Positions 43,151 through 53,866 are shown, numbered from the stretch's first letter. The stretch: DNA of 64,000 nucleotides from an uncultured Spirochaetota bacterium (GCA_963827275.1 CAWHAA010000005.1:448001-512000), one strand, 5' to 3'. Notes: generated by a model from the letters alone, not told the origin. Translations and numbers: made by a program.

Positions 43151-44851
43151 GTGAACGTAAAACAACCAGGCAGCACCAACCAGCAGTGGGACGAGGAATT
43201 TGACGTGGTCGTGGCGGGGTTCGGCGGCGCCGGTGCCTGCGCCGCCATTGAGGCGGCCGACCGGGGGGCGCGGGTCCTCGCTATTGACCGCTTCGCGGGC
43301 GGGGGCGCCACGAAAATGAGCGGCGGGGTGATATACTCCGGCGGGGGAACGAGGCACCAGAAGGCGGCGGGCTTCCGCGACACCCCGGAAAAGATGTACC
43401 GCTACATGATGCGGGAAATGGCGAGCAATCCCGCCTCCTCCCGTGTCGATGATATCGACCCCGCGGCCGTCAGGACCTTCTGCGAGAGGAGCGCCGAAAA
43501 CATCGACTGGCTCGAACGGCTGGGCCTGGTGATCCCCGAGACCTATTTCCCCGGCAAGACCAACCAGCCGCCGGGCGGCTTCGGCCTTTATTTTTCAGGA
43601 AACGAAAAACAGTATTCAGATAAACATTCCCACATCCCGCGGGGCCACGTCCCCATGGGGAAGGGCATGTCGGGCGGCTTTCTGTATTCGACCCTGCACA
43701 GGGCGGCGCTCGACCGCGGCGTGACCGTGCGCACCCGGTGGCGCTGCGAAAAGCTCGTGACAGACGGCAGCGGCGCGGTGACCGGCATCGAGGCCCTGGC
43801 ATTGAGCCAGTCGGCATTCGCCGGGGCGCTGCACGGGCTCCTGTACAATCTCGGCTTCATCAGCGGCGCCGCCCGGAAGCTCCTGGGCCTCGTGGAAAAG
43901 AGGTTCGGCACAACGGTCCGCATACGGGCCCGGGGGGGCGTGGTAATCGCCGCCGGCGGGTTCGTATATAACAGGCGGAAATTCAGGGAATACGCCCCCG
44001 CCTACGGCGGGTGCCTCCCCCTCGGCACCGCGGGCGACGACGGCAGCGGCATGGAGCTCGGCCTGGGCGCCGGCGGGGTGCTGAGCTCCGTCGACGTGTG
44101 CGCCGCCTCGCGCTTCATCTATCCCCCGGTCGCCTTTGTCTCAGGGCTGCTCGCGAACATTGAAGGGAGGCGCTTCTGCGACGAAAGCCTCTACGGCGCG
44201 AGCATAAGCCGCGCGGTAACGCAGCAGCCGGGGCGCCGCGCGTACCTCGTCATCGATTCATCGGTCCACCGGGACGGCGCGTCGCAGACAAGCAGGGAAG
44301 AACGGCTCGGCACCTCCATAAAAAGCATCCTCATGGGCGAGATGAACCATATCATATACCGCAAGCTCACCACCTTCGTGAACCTCCACCTGAACCGCAA
44401 AAAATCACGGACGATTGCCGGCCTCGCACAAAAATGCGGGATCCCCCCGGAAGCGCTGGTGCGTACCGTTGAATCGTACAACGCGCAGTGCGCCGCGGGA
44501 GCGGACCGGGCGTTCGGGAAGGCGCCCGGCCTTCTCCGCACCATCGGGACGCCCCCCTATTACGCCATAGACTGCGGGATCGAAACGCTGATGTTTCCCA
44601 GCCCCTGCCTCACCATGGGCGGCCTGAAGGTGAAGGGACTCACCTCGCAGGCGGTCAGGGCCGACGGCTCGGTCATCCCCGGGTTGTACGCGGCAGGACG
44701 GAGCGCCGCCGGCATCTGTTCCCGCTCCTACGTGAGCGGGTTTTCCCTTGCGGACTGCGTTTTTTCCGGCAGAAACGCCGGGGCCCATGCCGCGGCGCAG
44801 GCGCGCAAAAAGGCCGCTGCGCCGGGCCGGAAAAAAAAGAGGCCCTCATGA
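43151..44851 (+). CDS. FAD-dependent 3-ketosteroid dehydrogenase-like protein (Delta4-5alpha-KSTD/TesI-like)
   Basis: DVVVAGFGGAGACAAIEA, GGGATKMSGGVIYSGGGT, AAGGF, RFCDESLYG, TMGGL, GLYAAGR, YVSGFSLADC.FSGR. Confidence 0.78.
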   Translation: MNVKQPGSTNQQWDEEFDVVVAGFGGAGACAAIEAADRGARVLAIDRFAGGGATKMSGGVIYSGGGTRHQKAAGFRDTPEKMYRYMMREMASNPASSRVDDIDPAAVRTFCERSAENIDWLERLGLVIPETYFPGKTNQPPGGFGLYFSGNEKQYSDKHSHIPRGHVPMGKGMSGGFLYSTLHRAALDRGVTVRTRWRCEKLVTDGSGAVTGIEALALSQSAFAGALHGLLYNLGFISGAARKLLGLVEKRFGTTVRIRARGGVVIAAGGFVYNRRKFREYAPAYGGCLPLGTAGDDGSGMELGLGAGGVLSSVDVCAASRFIYPPVAFVSGLLANIEGRRFCDESLYGASISRAVTQQPGRRAYLVIDSSVHRDGASQTSREERLGTSIKSILMGEMNHIIYRKLTTFVNLHLNRKKSRTIAGLAQKCGIPPEALVRTVESYNAQCAAGADRAFGKAPGLLRTIGTPPYYAIDCGIETLMFPSPCLTMGGLKVKGLTSQAVRADGSVIPGLYAAGRSAAGICSRSYVSGFSLADCVFSGRNAGAHAAAQARKKAAAPGRKKKRPS

Positions 44852-45684
44852 AACTGCAGGGAAAAGTCGTACTGGTCACCGGCGCCTCGACCGGCATCGG
44901 CAGGGCGGCCGCTCTGGAATTCGGCAGGGAGGGCGCCCGCGTCGCGATAGCGGCCCGGCGCAAGGAGCTCCTCGACGGGCTCGCATCGTCAATGGACGGC
45001 GCCCTTGTCCTGAAAACGGACCTCGCGGATGAACGCCAGGCCCGCGCCATGGTGGATGCAACCGTGCGGCATTTCGGCAGGATCGACATACTGGTGAACA
45101 ACGCCGCGACGAGCATCGTAGAAAGCTCGGACCGCGTCACGAGAGAGGACCTCGCCCGCGCTTTCACGGTAAACCTCCTCGGCCCCGTCACCGCCTGCCA
45201 GCAGGCCTATACCTACATGAGGAAACAGGGAAGCGGCCACATCATCAATATCGGCACCCCCGGATTCATGATCGGCGTTCCCTTTTACGCGCCCTATGTA
45301 TGCTCCAAGGCGGCGTTCTCGGCCTGGACGAGGACCATCCAGGGGGAATGGGCCGACGCGGGAATCGTCGTGAGCGAATATTTCCCCGGCTATACGGAGA
45401 CCGGGGCCGTGGCCGAGTCCGCGCGCGGCCCCGTACCCATGGACCTCGTCATGAACCGGGGCAAAGGCTTTCTCGCGCGGTACTTCTCGGGCGCGCGGAA
45501 CGGCGCGGACATAGCCAGGGACCTTGTGGCCCTGGCGAAGCGGCCCCGGCCGCTCATGTTCTCGACCTTCATGGAGCGCATCGCCGCCTTCGTGGCCAAC
45601 GTGCCCGCCGTCAGGCTGCCGGTAACGAGGCGCATGGCCGCGACGGCCAGGAAGAAACTCGCTGAAGGGGATAGCCATGTGTGA
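44848..45684 (+). CDS. Classical short-chain dehydrogenase/reductase
   Basis: TGASTGIG, DILVNNA, YVCSK; ATGA overlap with the upstream gene. Confidence 0.88.
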   Translation: MKLQGKVVLVTGASTGIGRAAALEFGREGARVAIAARRKELLDGLASSMDGALVLKTDLADERQARAMVDATVRHFGRIDILVNNAATSIVESSDRVTREDLARAFTVNLLGPVTACQQAYTYMRKQGSGHIINIGTPGFMIGVPFYAPYVCSKAAFSAWTRTIQGEWADAGIVVSEYFPGYTETGAVAESARGPVPMDLVMNRGKGFLARYFSGARNGADIARDLVALAKRPRPLMFSTFMERIAAFVANVPAVRLPVTRRMAATARKKLAEGDSHV

Positions 45685-46546
45685 CCTCTGCATGAAACAC
45701 GGGGCCGGCGGCAAGTGGTACCTGAACGCCGAGCACTATTCCAATGAGATCGTGGAGAAGTACAACCTGCGGGACTTCCTCATGGAGCAGTACAAGAATT
45801 TCGAGCAGATATCAGTGCGCAAGATCCACGGCTTCAACGCGGTGGGGATGGGATACAAGCTGCGCATACCCCTGATCGGGCGGATCGTGAAACATACCGC
45901 GGAAAAGATGCTCCACAGCACCAACCCCCCGACGAACCCTTTCAAGGCGGAAGGGCATATCGGCCAGGTGATCCCGCTTGAGGACGCCATAGCGATCCTG
46001 GAAACCTGCGCCGCGGAGCCGATCATCGAAAAAAACTGCATGTGCCGCTACATGTCCCGCGGGGTCAAGGACGCCTGCTGCATCAATTTCGGCGTCATGT
46101 CCGAGATCGTCGACAAGCTGCCGCGCTTCATCCCGGAAAAGGACAGGTATTTCCTCACCCGGAAGCAGGCGGTCGAGCGCTTCCGCGAGCACAACAGGAA
46201 AGGCTACATCGGCACCATCTGGTTCGGGCCGTACCCTTACATCAACAACCTCTGCTCCTGCGCGAACCCGGAGTGCGCGGGCCTCAGGCCCCGGCTCGAT
46301 TACGGGATCAAGTCCATCTTCAAGGCGGAATACATCGTCCACCACCACGAAGAGGAGTGCGCCGGGTGCGGCGCCTGCGTCAGGTTCTGCCAGTTTGGCG
46401 CCATCGAGCTCGACGCCGTACGGAAAAAGATTACCATTAACATGGACAAGTGCTTCGGCTGCGGCCTCTGCAGGCATGCCTGCAAGCACGACGCCATACA
46501 CCTGGTGCCGCGCGACGAGGTCCCCGGGCATGAAAAGGACTACTAG
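45677..46546 (+). CDS. 4Fe-4S dicluster protein
   Basis: CMCR, LCSCANPEC, CAGCGACVRFCQF, CFGCGLCRHAC. Confidence 0.82.
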   Translation: MCDLCMKHGAGGKWYLNAEHYSNEIVEKYNLRDFLMEQYKNFEQISVRKIHGFNAVGMGYKLRIPLIGRIVKHTAEKMLHSTNPPTNPFKAEGHIGQVIPLEDAIAILETCAAEPIIEKNCMCRYMSRGVKDACCINFGVMSEIVDKLPRFIPEKDRYFLTRKQAVERFREHNRKGYIGTIWFGPYPYINNLCSCANPECAGLRPRLDYGIKSIFKAEYIVHHHEEECAGCGACVRFCQFGAIELDAVRKKITINMDKCFGCGLCRHACKHDAIHLVPRDEVPGHEKDY

Positions 46547-46561
46547 ATTACGCCCCCCGTC

Positions 46562-46584
46562 CCCTTCGACAGGCTCAGGGCACC
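46562..46584. repeat. Single REP-like intergenic element
   Basis: CCCTTCGACAGGCTCAGGGCACC, recalled as a widespread short intergenic repeat; only one copy seen here. Confidence 0.4.
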
Positions 46585-46641
46585 GCCCCGATGGGGGCAC
46601 GTATGAAAAAACGACAGGAAAGCAGCTGACAGGTGCGTGAC

Positions 46642-46914
46642 ATGAAGGAAACCATAAAGGGAAAGACGAAGATCACCATAGATTACAAAAAATGCGGCGA
46701 TGGCGTCGGCGTCGATCCCCGGGAATGCTGCGCCTGCCTGCGCCAATGCGAGCCCGCGGTCTTCCTGCTGCACCAGACCCTCGGCGCCGTCGAAGAAAAT
46801 CCCCATGACCCGAAGCGGTGGCGCGTCACCGCACTCTGGCTTGATCTCTGCACCCGCTGCATGAAATGCGTCGAAGGATGCCCCGCCGGGGCCGTTACGG
46901 TGACATGGCGTTGA
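46642..46914 (+). CDS. Small ferredoxin-like protein
   Basis: C...CCACLRQC and CTRCMKCVEGCP. Confidence 0.75.
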   Translation: MKETIKGKTKITIDYKKCGDGVGVDPRECCACLRQCEPAVFLLHQTLGAVEENPHDPKRWRVTALWLDLCTRCMKCVEGCPAGAVTVTWR

Positions 46915-46951
46915 CGCACCGACGGAAGGTGCGGCGCGGCGGGCATGATGC

Positions 46952-48088
46952 TTATTCAGTTGTATGTATGGTGCGAAATTTTTTCGGAGAGACCCCGGTA
47001 AGCCTGTTGAACCAGTCATAGAAAACAGTGGTGGAATTGAAGCCAACGGCAAAGGCGACCGAAATGACGGTGCGGTCCTTCTCCGAAAGAAGCATTTTCT
47101 TCGCCTCTTCTATCCGGTATTCATTGACGAATGAATTGAAGTTCTTATTGAAATTCTCATTGATGATCTGGGAAAGCTGGTAGGGCTCTATTGAAATCTC
47201 CCTGGCCAGGTCGTTCACCGAAAGGTTCTCGTCAAAGAATATTTTTTTCTCCTCCATGAGCGACTTTAAATTCGAGATCACGTTCGCGATATCGAGGTTC
47301 TTGATCTTTGAAATTTCATAGCGCCTTTCTTCTATCTGCGTATGCAGCAGCTTGAAGAAATTGATGTTCTTTTTTTCCATGATAAAAACGACAAGGGTAA
47401 GAAAAAAGGAGATCAAGGTCAGGGCCTGGATACTCCTGTAAAAATAGTCCCCCGGATTATCCATCATGGTAATGGCGATCATGCTCGCGAAGAAGATGAT
47501 CTCAAGCGGAAAGCTGATAAGTATGATTACCAGGAGATAGGGCGACACCTTTTTTTCCCTGATCAGCGTGATATCCAGCATGAAAAAGCATTCCCGTATA
47601 AAATATGCCATGTATCCCATGAGGCATAGTATCACCGCCACGAGCAACCCGGAATAATATCTGAACAGCATGGTATCGCTGGTAAAATCAGGGGTGCTCG
47701 TGATGAACGACAGTTTCACGGCGGGATCCATCGCAATCAGCGGGATCAGGAGCGGGACTATTAGTATTCCGCAGGCGAAATGGAGGTAATCCACCGGCCT
47801 GAGCCTGAAAGAGTCATTATTTGCCGATTTGAACGTCAGAAAAAAAAGCGGTCCCATCCAGGCCAGAAACGGGAGGTGCCAGAAAACAAGCCAGGAATAA
47901 TAATATGAGCTGAGCCTCAGGACGATGAAGAGACCGTCCAGCAGCTGGAGTATGCCGAGGCAGAACATGAGCCCGGCGAACACATAGTGGTACGTCTGCT
48001 TGTCATTCTCAAGGACCAGTCCGAGGGCAATGGTCAAGGACATGAACCCGCCGAAAAATATGAAAAAAATGCTTACCTGGTCGAACAT
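46952..48088 (-). CDS. Membrane-anchored AraC-family regulator (paralogue of 38989..40110)
   Basis: TM-rich N-terminus; YQLSQIINENFNKNFNSFVNEYRI..AVGFNS. Confidence 0.88.
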   Translation of the reverse strand: MFDQVSIFFIFFGGFMSLTIALGLVLENDKQTYHYVFAGLMFCLGILQLLDGLFIVLRLSSYYYSWLVFWHLPFLAWMGPLFFLTFKSANNDSFRLRPVDYLHFACGILIVPLLIPLIAMDPAVKLSFITSTPDFTSDTMLFRYYSGLLVAVILCLMGYMAYFIRECFFMLDITLIREKKVSPYLLVIILISFPLEIIFFASMIAITMMDNPGDYFYRSIQALTLISFFLTLVVFIMEKKNINFFKLLHTQIEERRYEISKIKNLDIANVISNLKSLMEEKKIFFDENLSVNDLAREISIEPYQLSQIINENFNKNFNSFVNEYRIEEAKKMLLSEKDRTVISVAFAVGFNSTTVFYDWFNRLTGVSPKKFRTIHTTE

Positions 48089-48543
48089 GACGATATCCCT
48101 GCACCTGCCGCTTAGTCGCAAACGGTCACTATCATTATTATCTATAATAACAAATAAATCAATACCGCTCCATGGCGGACTATAAAAAAATCGCCGGGAC
48201 GGGCACCGGGGAAAGTATTTTTTCTGATATCAATTCTGTGCTTTTTTCTGCATCAAAAAAATACGCTCAATCATGAAAAATAATGACACAATGTCAGATT
48301 TGCATGAAGTACTGAATATGAAGATTACACATTCTATAAAATATCTTCTAAAACGCCCGGCATGTCTGTTCAAGGGCGGTGAAGGAACCGGGCCTGCCGC
48401 AAACGCCGGTCCGCACGGTCGTCAGGAAGGCACTCAACAGGTATGTCGAAAACGGGTTATATAAAAAGATAACGCGCTCTTATTTGAAACGCATGCGTCC
48501 CGTCTCGTCCGCATTACGGGACGCATACATCCCGCCATCGCAT

Positions 48544-49017
48544 CTATTTTCTGTACGATATCGTCTGGTCCTTCTTTACGCCGAACGCATTTACCTCCCG
48601 GTGCGATCCGAGAAGGATATTGATCATGTTCCCTTTTATGCTGCGGCCGGTATCCGCGACGACATACTCTTTGCCGTTATAGGTTACGATCGACCCCATG
48701 GGAATCACGCTGGGGTCGGCAGCGCAGATGTTTTTCCCTTCGGCCAGGAGCTTCTTCATCCGTTGCCCGGAGGACACCCTGCCTTTCCATTTCGCGGTAT
48801 TGCATTTTGCGCAGGGACAATAGGCATACACCGTGACATCCAGCGTCCCCCCGGAACGCACCAGGTCCGGCATCTTCGCATCGCAGCCGAGGATCCCGCC
48901 CTTTGCGTCCTTCCCGTCCTTTGAGCATCCCGAGCACCCGGAGGTCCCTGACGCGAAAAGCATGACAGCGGACAGCAGCGCGCACGCATACAAGGCCCTT
49001 TTATGTTCTCTTTTCAT
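48544..49017 (-). CDS. Secreted 3D-domain (MltA-like) protein
   Basis: Signal peptide; TVYAYCPCAKC, AADPSVIPMGS, VADTGRSIKGNMINI. Confidence 0.75.
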   Translation of the reverse strand: MKREHKRALYACALLSAVMLFASGTSGCSGCSKDGKDAKGGILGCDAKMPDLVRSGGTLDVTVYAYCPCAKCNTAKWKGRVSSGQRMKKLLAEGKNICAADPSVIPMGSIVTYNGKEYVVADTGRSIKGNMINILLGSHREVNAFGVKKDQTISYRK

Positions 49018-49346
49018 TCCATTCACCTCTCCCTGTTGTCCCCTCAAGGCACGGCATCTTCCCGCCGATGCCCGCCTGGCAATAATTTTTAATGGAAACC
49101 AGTATTTTCCTTCCCATACAGGCTTGATGGTTTTCCCCCGGTGAGTCAAGGAAATTTTCTATCCAACGGCGCCCCCGCCGTAGAACGCTCACGCATAAAA
49201 TACTTGCATCCCCGCATGGATCATGCCATACGTATCACAGGCGCCGGTCCTGAACAGCCATGGCCGCGCAGCGCGGGTCACGGTCGGGCGGCGGGGACAA
49301 CGGGACAGCGTACGCCCAGCGGCGGTTGACCAGAAGGGAGGGTACA

Positions 49347-49883
49347 ATGAAACATGTGGTCTTCATCCTCACGGCCATCGCGTTAGCGGCGGCCACACAA
49401 CGAGTATCGGCGGGGACCGGTGACAGCCCCGCATGGAACCCATCATACGGCATCACGCAGTCATCTTACGGCATGCCGGCCATGGCCGGCACCGATGCAT
49501 TAACGGGAACGGCGGCGCGGCCCCTCTCGGCGTCCACGGTCGGCCTGATGCATAAAATACTCGGCTACACGACCGCGGTGCTGGCCACCGCCAGCGCCAT
49601 AACCGGGTTCGCCGCTCCGCAACACCTGGCGCACTCCATCACCACCTATTCAACCGCGGGGCTGGCGACCCTCACTATGATAACAGGATACGCGGCCTAT
49701 GCCGACGTCATCACGTTCAGGGGAGGCGTTACCACGCAGAATTCGCACGTGGTCCTCGGCACCCTGTCCACGGTAGGCCTGATTACCAGCGCGATCATCG
49801 GCGGCATGAACGTGAAACACTGCGCGCCGGGCATCATCTCCGGCGTGGTCCTGTATGCCTCGGTGATCGTGGTGCATTTTTAG
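49347..49883 (+). CDS. Signal peptide plus four-helix membrane protein with one His per helix
   Basis: GGGAGG RBS; MHKILG, LAHSIT, NSHVVLG, VKHCAPG. Confidence 0.65.
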   Translation: MKHVVFILTAIALAAATQRVSAGTGDSPAWNPSYGITQSSYGMPAMAGTDALTGTAARPLSASTVGLMHKILGYTTAVLATASAITGFAAPQHLAHSITTYSTAGLATLTMITGYAAYADVITFRGGVTTQNSHVVLGTLSTVGLITSAIIGGMNVKHCAPGIISGVVLYASVIVVHF

Positions 49884-50158
49884 GTCCCCGCGCCATTAAT
49901 AAAATGACGCCTGTCGGGGCCAGTGCGCACCCCGCCGCCAGGGAGGCGAGCCAAAACGGGAGATCCCATGCGTGCGCGGCATAGACCTATACAATTATAT
50001 AGTATTTCCCAACATTAGTGTAACCTCGTCCCTGACGCATGCATCTAACCAATGAGCGTATGTTATATTATGTGATTTTTTTTCAAAAATGTATATGCGA
50101 AAAATACTAATATGTTGCACAACGGTATTGTTGAAAATTTATTCTCCCGGACGTAACG

Positions 50159-53100
50159 ATGAAAAGAGACTTTCGGTTCAGGGAAATACCCTATAATTAC
50201 ACCTCGTTTTCAGACAAAGAGATCATCCTGAAATACTTTGACGAGGAGATGCTGAATATTGTCGATACGCTGCGCTCGCACCGCGTGACCGGGAGGAGCG
50301 CCCGTCTCCTCTTCGAGATCATCGGCGACTATTTCATCATCGACCGGAACCCCTACGTCCACAACGACCTGCTCGATATTGAAAAAAAACGGCAGCGCCT
50401 GAAGATGAACCACGAGGCGCGCATCGATATCATCCTGAAGGGCGCGCACAGCAACCCGCTCGTGGTCAAGCTGGTGGAGAAGCTCCGGGATGTTGACCGG
50501 AAGTTTTTCGAAAACTTCGAGGAAGAGAAGGCGCTGCGCAACAAAACGCTGCGGGTCCTCAGGGGGATCACCAGGTCAAAGAACATACAGTATTCCGCCT
50601 TTCACAAGGTCGCCCACGCCACCGACGCGTCCGACTGGCGCGTTGAATGCCCCTTCATGGTCGTGTACCCGGACAGCGTCAGGGAGGTCCGGGACATTGT
50701 CGCCGCGGCGAAGAAGCTCGGCCTGGCCATCATCCCGCGCGGCGGGGGCACGGGCCTGACCGGCGGCGCGGTGCCGGTCAGGAAAAAGACCCTGGTCGTC
50801 AACACGGAGAAGCTCAACAGGATCGACGGCGTCAGGACGATCACCGACGAGGGACGGGAGCTGCCGGTCGTGCGCGTCCAGGCCGGCGCGGTGACCGATG
50901 ACGTCATCGAGTACTGCTCGCACAGGGGCTATATCTTCGCCACCGACCCCACCTCCGCCTGGGCGTCGACGATCGGGGGCAATATCGCGGAAAACGCCGG
51001 CGGCAAGAAATGCGTCATGTGGGGGACCGCCATCGACAACCTCTACTCGTACCGCATCGTCAACGCGCGGGGCGACCTGATCGAGGTACGGCGCAAGGCG
51101 CACCCCTACAAGAAGATAGAGGAAGAAGACACGGTATCCTTCGATGTCGGGACGGTCGTCCACGGGGAATTCGTCTATTCGAACACCATCACCCTGAGCG
51201 GCACCGACATCAGGAAAAAGGGGCTGGGCAAGGACATCACCAACAAGGCCCTGAAGGGGCTCCCGGGAGTGCAGAAGGAGGGGGGCGACGGCATCATCGT
51301 GTCCGCCGAGTTCGTCCTGTACCGGCCGTTCAAGTTCTGCCGCACCGTCTGCCTCGAGTTTTTCGGAAACAACCTCATCAACGCCTCGAAGGCGATCGTG
51401 GACATCAGGAACGCCTTCGAGGACAATGACAGCGTATATCTCACCGCCCTCGAGCACTTTGACGACAAGTACATCCTCGCCATCAACTACCGGAACAAGT
51501 CGGAGCGGATGGAGGTGCCGAAGGCGGTTCTGCTCATAGACATCGAGGGGAATGACCGCGACATCGTGGCAAAGGCCGCCGAGTCGATCGTGGAGACGGT
51601 CAGAAAATACAACACCGACGCCTTCATCGCCGAGAAGGAGGAGCAGCGGAACCTGTTCTGGAGCGACCGCAAGAACCTCGGCGCGATCGCCCGGCACACG
51701 AACGCGTTCAAGCTGAACGAGGACGTCGTCATCCCGCTCGAGCGGCTCCCCGATTTCGCGAACTACATAGACCGCCTGAACATGCGCAAGGACCTCTCCA
51801 ACTGCATCAACGCCATCGACGGGCTGCTTGCGCGCATTGACAAAATTGACCGTGCGGACACGGCGGACCCGGGCCCGGAAAAGACAGCAAGCTTCAGGCA
51901 GGCGCTCGACGAAAAGAGAAAATGGTACGCCATATGCCTGGAGAACATCGACAAGCTGGCCGCCGGCATCACGGGCAGCAACCTCTTCATGTACAACAGG
52001 TCCGTCTTCGACGCGCTCCAGAGCGGCGAGATCAGGTATGCCTTTGACGACGTGGTGGAATATTACCGGAAGTTCTTTCACGGGTACGACGAGATCCTGG
52101 CGCAGCTCGACGAGGTCGTGGAAAAGCAGCGGAGCAGGCGGATCATCGTGGCCACGCACATGCATGCCGGCGACGGCAACGTCCATGTCAACATACCGGT
52201 CCACTCGAACGATTACCTCATGCTCCAGGAGGCGGACGGCACGGCCGGCGACATCATGGAAGAGACCGTCAGGCTGGGGGGGGTCATATCCGGGGAGCAC
52301 GGCATCGGCCTCACCAAGCTGCGCTTCATAGACGACTCGGTCCTGTCGGACTACCAGTCATACAAGGAGACGGCGGACCCCGACGACCTGTTCAACCCGG
52401 GAAAGCTGAGCAGGTCCCTGCCCCTTTCCACGATCTACACGCCGTCCTTCAACCTGCTCGAGCTGGAGGCGTTCATCCTCGAGGCGACCGACCTGAAGGA
52501 CCTGTCCACGTCGATAGCGTCGTGCGTCAGGTGCGGCAAGTGCAAGGCCGTGTGCAACACGCACAACCCCGGCGGCGCGATGTTCTACAACCCGCGCAAC
52601 AAGATACTCGGGGTGGGGCTGGTCACGGAAGCGGTGCTCTACGACGCGCAGACGTCGAAAACGCTTTCGTTCAAGGATTTCAGCAAGCTCAAGGACATAT
52701 CGGACCACTGCACCATGTGCCACCGGTGCAAGGCCCCCTGCCCGGTGAAGATCGATTTCGGCGTCACCACGCTCGCGATGCGGACCCTGCTGGTATCGAG
52801 AAAAATGTCGCGGTCCCCGCTGATCACGCGCTTCGCGCTGTTTTACCTCTCCCTCAAGGGTTATTATACCAACCGGCTGTTCAAGGTGGCGCTCTTCAAG
52901 ATCGGCTACAGGGCGCAGCGGCTGGCCTTCACGCTCCTGAAGCCTGCCAGGAAGCTGCATATCGCCGCAAAATCGAAGCTCATGGCGATGGTCGCGGCGC
53001 CGCTCCCCGTCGCGGGGACGGCCTCCCTGCGTGAGCGCCTCGGGCTGACCGACACTAACATGTTCTACGTGTTCGAGAACCCGGACATGCCCGTGAAAAA

Positions 53101-53866
53101 AAGCGTTCTCTATTTTCCCGGGTGCGGCTCGGAGCGGATGTTCCCGGACATCAGCTACGCCGTCATGGCGCTCCTGTACCATGCCGGCGTCCGCGTCGTC
53201 CTGCCGCCCGAGTACCTCTGCTGCGGCTACCCGATGCAGGCGAACGGCAGGCAGGAGATCGCCGACCTGAAGAGCTACGAGAACCGCGTGGTGCTGCACC
53301 GTATATCGGAGACGGTCCAGTACATGGAGATAAAGGACATCATCGTTTCGTGCGGCACCTGCTTCGAGATGCTCGAGAAATACGACATGGAAAATATCTT
53401 CAGCGGCGCGCGGGTATGCGACATCCACGAGTTTCTGGTCGATGAGCACGCCTACCCCGCCACCGCGCCGGCCGGCCCCCTCGTCTACCACGAACCGTGC
53501 CACTCGCCCCTGCGCGCCCACGGCGCCGGGAAGGTGTTTTCAGCGATGTTCGCGTCAGACCCGCTGCTCGTGCCCAACTGCTGCGGTGAGGGCGGGACCA
53601 TGTCGCTGTCGACCCCCGAAATATCGAACGCGCTCAGGGAGCGGAAGATAAAGAACATCGTCGACTGCAACGCGGCTTCCGCCGGCATCATCCTGACCAC
53701 CTGCCCGAGCTGCGTGCAGGGCCTGTCGAAAATCCACGGGGCGCTGCCGCTCACCGGGCAGCACCTGTCGGTATACGCCGCCCGCGTCCTGATAGGCGCG
53801 GACTGGAAGGAACGGTTCGTCCGCTCACTGCAAAGCGGCAAGGCGGTGGAAAAAGTCCTGTATTGA
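50159..53866 (+). CDS. Large FAD-linked oxidase / 4Fe-4S / CCG-domain oxidoreductase (DUF3683-type GlcD-GlcF-like fusion)
   Basis: REIPYNYTSFSD, PRGGGTGLTGGAVP, HMHAGDGNVH, SGEHGIG, CVRCGKCK, CTMCHRC..PCP, CCG motifs, CPSC. Confidence 0.88.
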   Translation: MKRDFRFREIPYNYTSFSDKEIILKYFDEEMLNIVDTLRSHRVTGRSARLLFEIIGDYFIIDRNPYVHNDLLDIEKKRQRLKMNHEARIDIILKGAHSNPLVVKLVEKLRDVDRKFFENFEEEKALRNKTLRVLRGITRSKNIQYSAFHKVAHATDASDWRVECPFMVVYPDSVREVRDIVAAAKKLGLAIIPRGGGTGLTGGAVPVRKKTLVVNTEKLNRIDGVRTITDEGRELPVVRVQAGAVTDDVIEYCSHRGYIFATDPTSAWASTIGGNIAENAGGKKCVMWGTAIDNLYSYRIVNARGDLIEVRRKAHPYKKIEEEDTVSFDVGTVVHGEFVYSNTITLSGTDIRKKGLGKDITNKALKGLPGVQKEGGDGIIVSAEFVLYRPFKFCRTVCLEFFGNNLINASKAIVDIRNAFEDNDSVYLTALEHFDDKYILAINYRNKSERMEVPKAVLLIDIEGNDRDIVAKAAESIVETVRKYNTDAFIAEKEEQRNLFWSDRKNLGAIARHTNAFKLNEDVVIPLERLPDFANYIDRLNMRKDLSNCINAIDGLLARIDKIDRADTADPGPEKTASFRQALDEKRKWYAICLENIDKLAAGITGSNLFMYNRSVFDALQSGEIRYAFDDVVEYYRKFFHGYDEILAQLDEVVEKQRSRRIIVATHMHAGDGNVHVNIPVHSNDYLMLQEADGTAGDIMEETVRLGGVISGEHGIGLTKLRFIDDSVLSDYQSYKETADPDDLFNPGKLSRSLPLSTIYTPSFNLLELEAFILEATDLKDLSTSIASCVRCGKCKAVCNTHNPGGAMFYNPRNKILGVGLVTEAVLYDAQTSKTLSFKDFSKLKDISDHCTMCHRCKAPCPVKIDFGVTTLAMRTLLVSRKMSRSPLITRFALFYLSLKGYYTNRLFKVALFKIGYRAQRLAFTLLKPARKLHIAAKSKLMAMVAAPLPVAGTASLRERLGLTDTNMFYVFENPDMPVKKSVLYFPGCGSERMFPDISYAVMALLYHAGVRVVLPPEYLCCGYPMQANGRQEIADLKSYENRVVLHRISETVQYMEIKDIIVSCGTCFEMLEKYDMENIFSGARVCDIHEFLVDEHAYPATAPAGPLVYHEPCHSPLRAHGAGKVFSAMFASDPLLVPNCCGEGGTMSLSTPEISNALRERKIKNIVDCNAASAGIILTTCPSCVQGLSKIHGALPLTGQHLSVYAARVLIGADWKERFVRSLQSGKAVEKVLY

